Assembly (NCBI GenBank): GCA_044892505.1
Contig: CM097883.1
Span: forward strand, 376,030,001 to 376,094,000
Source: Schmidtea nova
Taxonomy: Eukaryota
Direction: 5' to 3'
Length of the DNA: 64,000 bases
The translations under genes were made by a program, and so were the position numbers. Below are positions 59,636 to 64,000 of the stretch, one piece after another (position 1 is the first letter of the stretch; the number at the start of each line of letters is the position of its first letter). Below the pieces are notes generated by a model. The model made no database searches, had not been told where the DNA came from, and saw only the letters and a program-made list of their open reading frames with translations.

Positions 59636-59719
59636 AAAGTTATACATTTCATTTATTATATCGTTACTGTTTATTTAAGTATTTAAATAAGAATAATATT
59701 AACAGGAGCACAATTTTAT

Positions 59720-59878
59720 TTATTTGATGTTGATCTTATCTCCATATAATGCCATTAAGAGCAGTAAAGAATATCCCAGCAACAGTCCAATATTCTGGAC
59801 GATAAATGTCTTGAATATGCCAAATTCGACCACTTCTGAGCATTCTTTATCTTCCAAGGTTGCATTCATTTCTGACAT
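59720..59878 (-). CDS. Terminal exon of a LIV-1-type ZIP (SLC39A) metal transporter
   Basis: AG acceptor then MSEMN...FIVQNIGLLLGYSLLLLMALYGDKINIK* (cf. [27 protein letters not shown]). Confidence 0.82.
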   Translation of the reverse strand: MSEMNATLEDKECSEVVEFGIFKTFIVQNIGLLLGYSLLLLMALYGDKINIK

Positions 59879-60139
59879 CTTAAAATAAAATTGACATTTA
59901 ACTTTTTAATGATGAATTCTCTGAATTTATTTCTAAAACGGAGAATAAGAAAGATCTCAGTACGACAGTTTTGAGTCTTTTATCCAGCATCAAACGCAAA
60001 TTTTTATTCTCGGAAATATTCAGGAAATTATAAATAACGCGCATACATATTCGTCGTTGTCAGTTATCACGGCCCACTGTGAAAGACCATAAAGTCTGAC
60101 CCATAGGAATTAAAGTGTAAGTGTAATAAAATGTATTTA

Positions 60140-60354
60140 CCGTATATTAGCGTATATAAGCCGCGGCCTATACAATTTTCTACTCACTCTTAACTATAAA
60201 TTTAGTGTTACTTGTTGAATTTATTTTTATAATTTCTTCGTTTGCGAATCTTGTAAAAAAAATTGTAAACGCCGCGGACGAATATAAGCCGCATGGAGGG
60301 TCTGGAGTGAGTAGAAAATTGTATAAGCCGCGACTTATATACGCTAAAATACGG
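60140..60354. mobile_element. Tc1/mariner(pogo)-type MITE
   Basis: ~27-bp TIRs CCGTAT(A/T)TTAGCGTATATAAG(C/T)CGCGG, TA TSD. Confidence 0.85.
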
Positions 60355-62099
60355 TAGTCATTTACGTATGTTAATTACGGTATTGTATTTAAGCAATGAA
60401 TATCCAAACAATTGTCATCCGATGACAACATTGACACTAAAGAAATTGTTTTTGACTGCGAATTGAAAAATATTATAATAATTTTATATTCAATAATAAA
60501 ATTCTATTTCAAGTTTTTATTTAGTATCGACTTGATGTAAAAAAGAAACTATTTTGTTTTAGTTATTATTGCTCCTAGTAAAGTCAAGACAGTAAAGCCA
60601 ATTTCGACAGAAATAGTTCCAAGTCTTTGTGGATCCTCTAATTGTATTTTGTAAGGAGCAAACTTGCGTAATCAAGATTTAATATCTTTCCGTATATTGA
60701 ATGATGCGTGTGCGATGAATTAATTGATTGTGAGTAATAGTTATTTGATTGAACGTATAACACAATGATTGCGTGTAACTGCTCAAATATTTATAAGACC
60801 AACCATACTCAAAAAGAGAAAATAATATTGTTATATTAAAAAATATTAAATGGTTGTTAAAATTTCTAATATATTTCATTCATGAAATAATTTACTACCA
60901 AAACTAAGTGTTACCAAAAAGTGATTAAATTAATAAAACATTATTGTGAAGCGATGTGTATTTCTCTTTGAAAATTTCTAATAATGAAAATTAAAAGATT
61001 TTTAAAAAATAAAATTTTTAAAAAATTAAAATTTTGAGGAAAATTGGATTGATTTGAATTAATGTCGAGAGTTTCAGAGTATACTGCTTTGTATTCAATT
61101 ATTCAGGTTGATTGTTGGGAAAATCTCGCTTTAATAAGGTGGAGCGTGATTGTTATGTCTCGAAGATATTTGAAGTTAATATGAATTATAGGTGGAACGC
61201 CTTTGAAATTTTTGAAAGGTCATTCAGCGTACAATGCAAAAGGATGAGTGTAGACGACTCTTCACTTAGTTAACTTAACTCAGAGATTTCATCGTATATA
61301 AAATAAATAGACGACGACATATAATAAGCGTACATTGATTCGTCTCATGAGATAACCTAAAAAGATGTCTTAGTGAGATTTTGCCAATGTTACAGATCTG
61401 TAATGAAATGATTTTAAATTCTTCTCGGTGTTTTCACAGTACCGACCTTGCATTCCGTTGGTTATGGTGTTTGTTCGCCGGCATTCCATCGCTCACGAAT
61501 ACTACCTTCCCAAGAGCCACAAAGCTTAGTTCACACCGCTGTACTCGTGTTCAACGAACGCGGTTTTTGTTATATGTATTAAGTTATTTAGTTGCTGTAT
61601 TTCAAAAAAAATTGTGCAACATTTTAACTTTCTGTTTGAGGTCTCTTAAAAAACAGAAAGATTTGATAATACTAATAAATACCTGTACAGATACTGTACA
61701 GTATACCAGGGAATAACGGCTACATCAAAACATCAAAACAGTGACCAGTCGGGCATTATTTGACAAGTGCTCAAAAATCTCAAAAACTCACATAAATTTT
61801 AAAATTTCAAGATGGCAATTTTGCTAATAAGTAAATGACCTTGAAATATTGATTTAAACAACTAATATTAATGCTCTAAATGTCTCATTTTAATTTTTAA
61901 TTTTTAATTTTTAATCTTAATTCTAACAAAATAATAATTTTATGATTTTTCAGTTTATTTTCAATTATTTCATAAAAATAATAATTTTATTCTTAAAATT
62001 TTATTTTTAACTTTTTATTTTAAATTAAAGATTAAAAAACTGCCGATGAAAAAGTCAACAATCAAGAAATTAGAAAAAGTGAACAAAATTATGGGTCAA

Positions 62100-63870
62100 A
62101 TTAATGTTTTGAATTAATGTTTCATCAGTCACATACAAATACATAAATTACAGATATGCTGCTTGAAGAGAATTTGCGGATGGAAACACATTAGTAGAGA
62201 ATGTCAATAGGAAAAAATAACCCAGTGCTTTGCATGCGGAGTGAAAGGGACATCTACGTCGAGAATTTCCAACAATTCAATGTCAAAGATGTCAATAGCG
62301 TGGACACAAAGAAATGATTTCTAGCCCAACTTGGAAAGAAGAAAAATTAGAATGAATCAGAATGGAGGAAACCATAATTACTATCCAAATCGATCAATTA
62401 GATATCAAAAGAGGAATCAACAGTAGCAGATATTGAAGTTAATGATGAAATGATACCAATGGACTAAACGAATGATTCAAAGGACAAATGTGTTGACGCT
62501 TAGCACCCAAAGGACACTCCTCGATACGCAGGCAATGATCGTATCAATTTATTAGGTAATTTTGATATTAATGTAGATATTAGTTATAGTTTTGATGTAA
62601 AATAATTGATGTAACTAATTCTTATAATAAAATATATAATTTAAAAAGTAATAATGTATGTAATTCTAATCTTATTAATTATTTTAATGCTGAACAAACT
62701 TTAAAATTTTAAAAATCAAACAGATAAAAATTTAAAGAATCAGAATGCAGTAATGAAATTATAGCAGAAAAAGTTAAAATTTTTTCAAAAGAAGAGAAAA
62801 CATAGAAAAATGATAAAATATGGATAGATTAAAAATTAATGTATTCAAAATTTAAGTAGCAAAATATATTGACTGAAGAAGAATTGAAAGAACCACGATT
62901 GATATATAATAAAATGCAAGGTAGACCGAGTACAACTCTTGAAATTCAGGGCAATAAAATGGAATGTTTGTTAGACACGGGAGCTAGAATTAATGTGATG
63001 ACAAAAGCCGTTGTGTATAAATTAGAAAATGTTGAAATAATAAGGACAAACGAGAAATTAAGATGTGCAAATGATAGCAAACTGGAAACAGTAGGAAAGT
63101 CACAAATTGATGTTAGAATTTGTAATATAGAAAGGAAAACAACATTTATTGTAGTTACAAACGTTGTCCCAGATATAATTGGAGGAATGGAATTGCAGAA
63201 ACAGTTTGGAATAGAATTAAGATATTTAGAGGGAAAAGGTGAAAGATTGAATATTTTTATATGTGAAATAGAAGCGACATTTGGAAGAAATATTTCAGAA
63301 TGTGAAAGACTACAGAAAGAAATAGAAACTTTAAAACTATATGAGAATAACAAACTGTTAGAAATTGTAAAAATATAAATGTTTTTATGACAGAAAAGTG
63401 GGATATTGAATGTACGGATTTAATTGAACATATAATTATAACAAAAGGTGAACCAATAATGATAAAGCCGAGAAAACAGCATATCAAGTTAGAGGAGAAA
63501 ATAAATAATGCAATAAATAATTTAGAAAATAATGATATCATAAGAATATGAAACTCATCTTGGAATACACCTTTAGTGTGTGTGTAGAAAAAAAGAAAAA
63601 AAAGAGAAAAAAAGATACTGGACTTTAGGCTACTTAATAAAATTACCGAAAAATAAGCTTTTCTAATGCCGAACGTTAAAGAAATCTTAGATTCACTACA
63701 TAGATCTAAATGCTTGAGTTCTATAGATCTCAGGAACTCTTATTATCAAGTAAGATTGGATATAAAATCTCAAGAAAAAACAGCTTTTTCTACAAAAGAT
63801 AATTTTGTTTTAATCGAATGTCATTTGACATTGCAGCTGCACCAGGTACATTTCAGTAATTTATGACAAA
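62100..63870 (+). mobile_element. Decayed Gypsy fragment related to the 48-52 kb family
   Basis: CFACGVKGHLRREF double knuckle, MQGRPS, CLLDTGARI, LDFRLLN, SSIDLRNSYYQV. Confidence 0.85.
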
Positions 63871-64000
63871 TATCTACATATATAATTTCCGACCTTAAGT
63901 TTGTTTGTTTGTTTGTGTGTAACGCTGTTTTCGCTAACTCATAACATTTTCATTTCTTAAGATAGAAAGCTCAAACAAAGTGTTTTAAAGATCTTTTCAA

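Noticed and set aside
61040-61760. Possible DNA transposase remnant
   Set aside because: No convincing catalytic motif or termini

Overview
AT-rich, repeat-dense eukaryotic draft scaffold with five N gaps. The host is probably an invertebrate, possibly a planarian-like flatworm; this is an inference from composition, 47-57 bp introns and the TE mix. Host genes: six exons of a minus-strand mitochondrial acyl-CoA dehydrogenase (25497->10663, last exons not found in the window), an intact intronless PKA-C-like kinase (37084-38202), and the last exon of a LIV-1/ZIP zinc transporter (59720-59878). The rest is mostly TEs: four Ty3/Gypsy elements, three solo or partial LTRs, Tc1/mariner, MULE, hAT, piggyBac and foldback elements, and Penelope-like elements with hammerhead motifs. 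Two candidate systems stand out. (1) A decayed Ty3/Gypsy element (607-9811, minus) with the order LTR-PBS(Trp)-Gag(3xCCHC)-helical domain-Ubl-Ubl-Bcl-2-like-signal peptide-chuvirus-type glycoprotein-PR-RT-RNase H. Its env lies between gag and pol, apparently within one polyprotein, and a second Bcl-2-like ORF can be rebuilt across a related solo LTR at 42.4-43.9 kb. (2) Intronless mosaics of unrelated host-gene fragments (PPP1R37+PKA, claudin+ZSWIM, Zn-finger-like+HSP70, ANAPC2, actin), with a shared GCGTCTGTGTGCG motif array upstream of the ANAPC2 fragment and of an unidentified ORF. All protein identifications are by-eye motif matches, not database searches.
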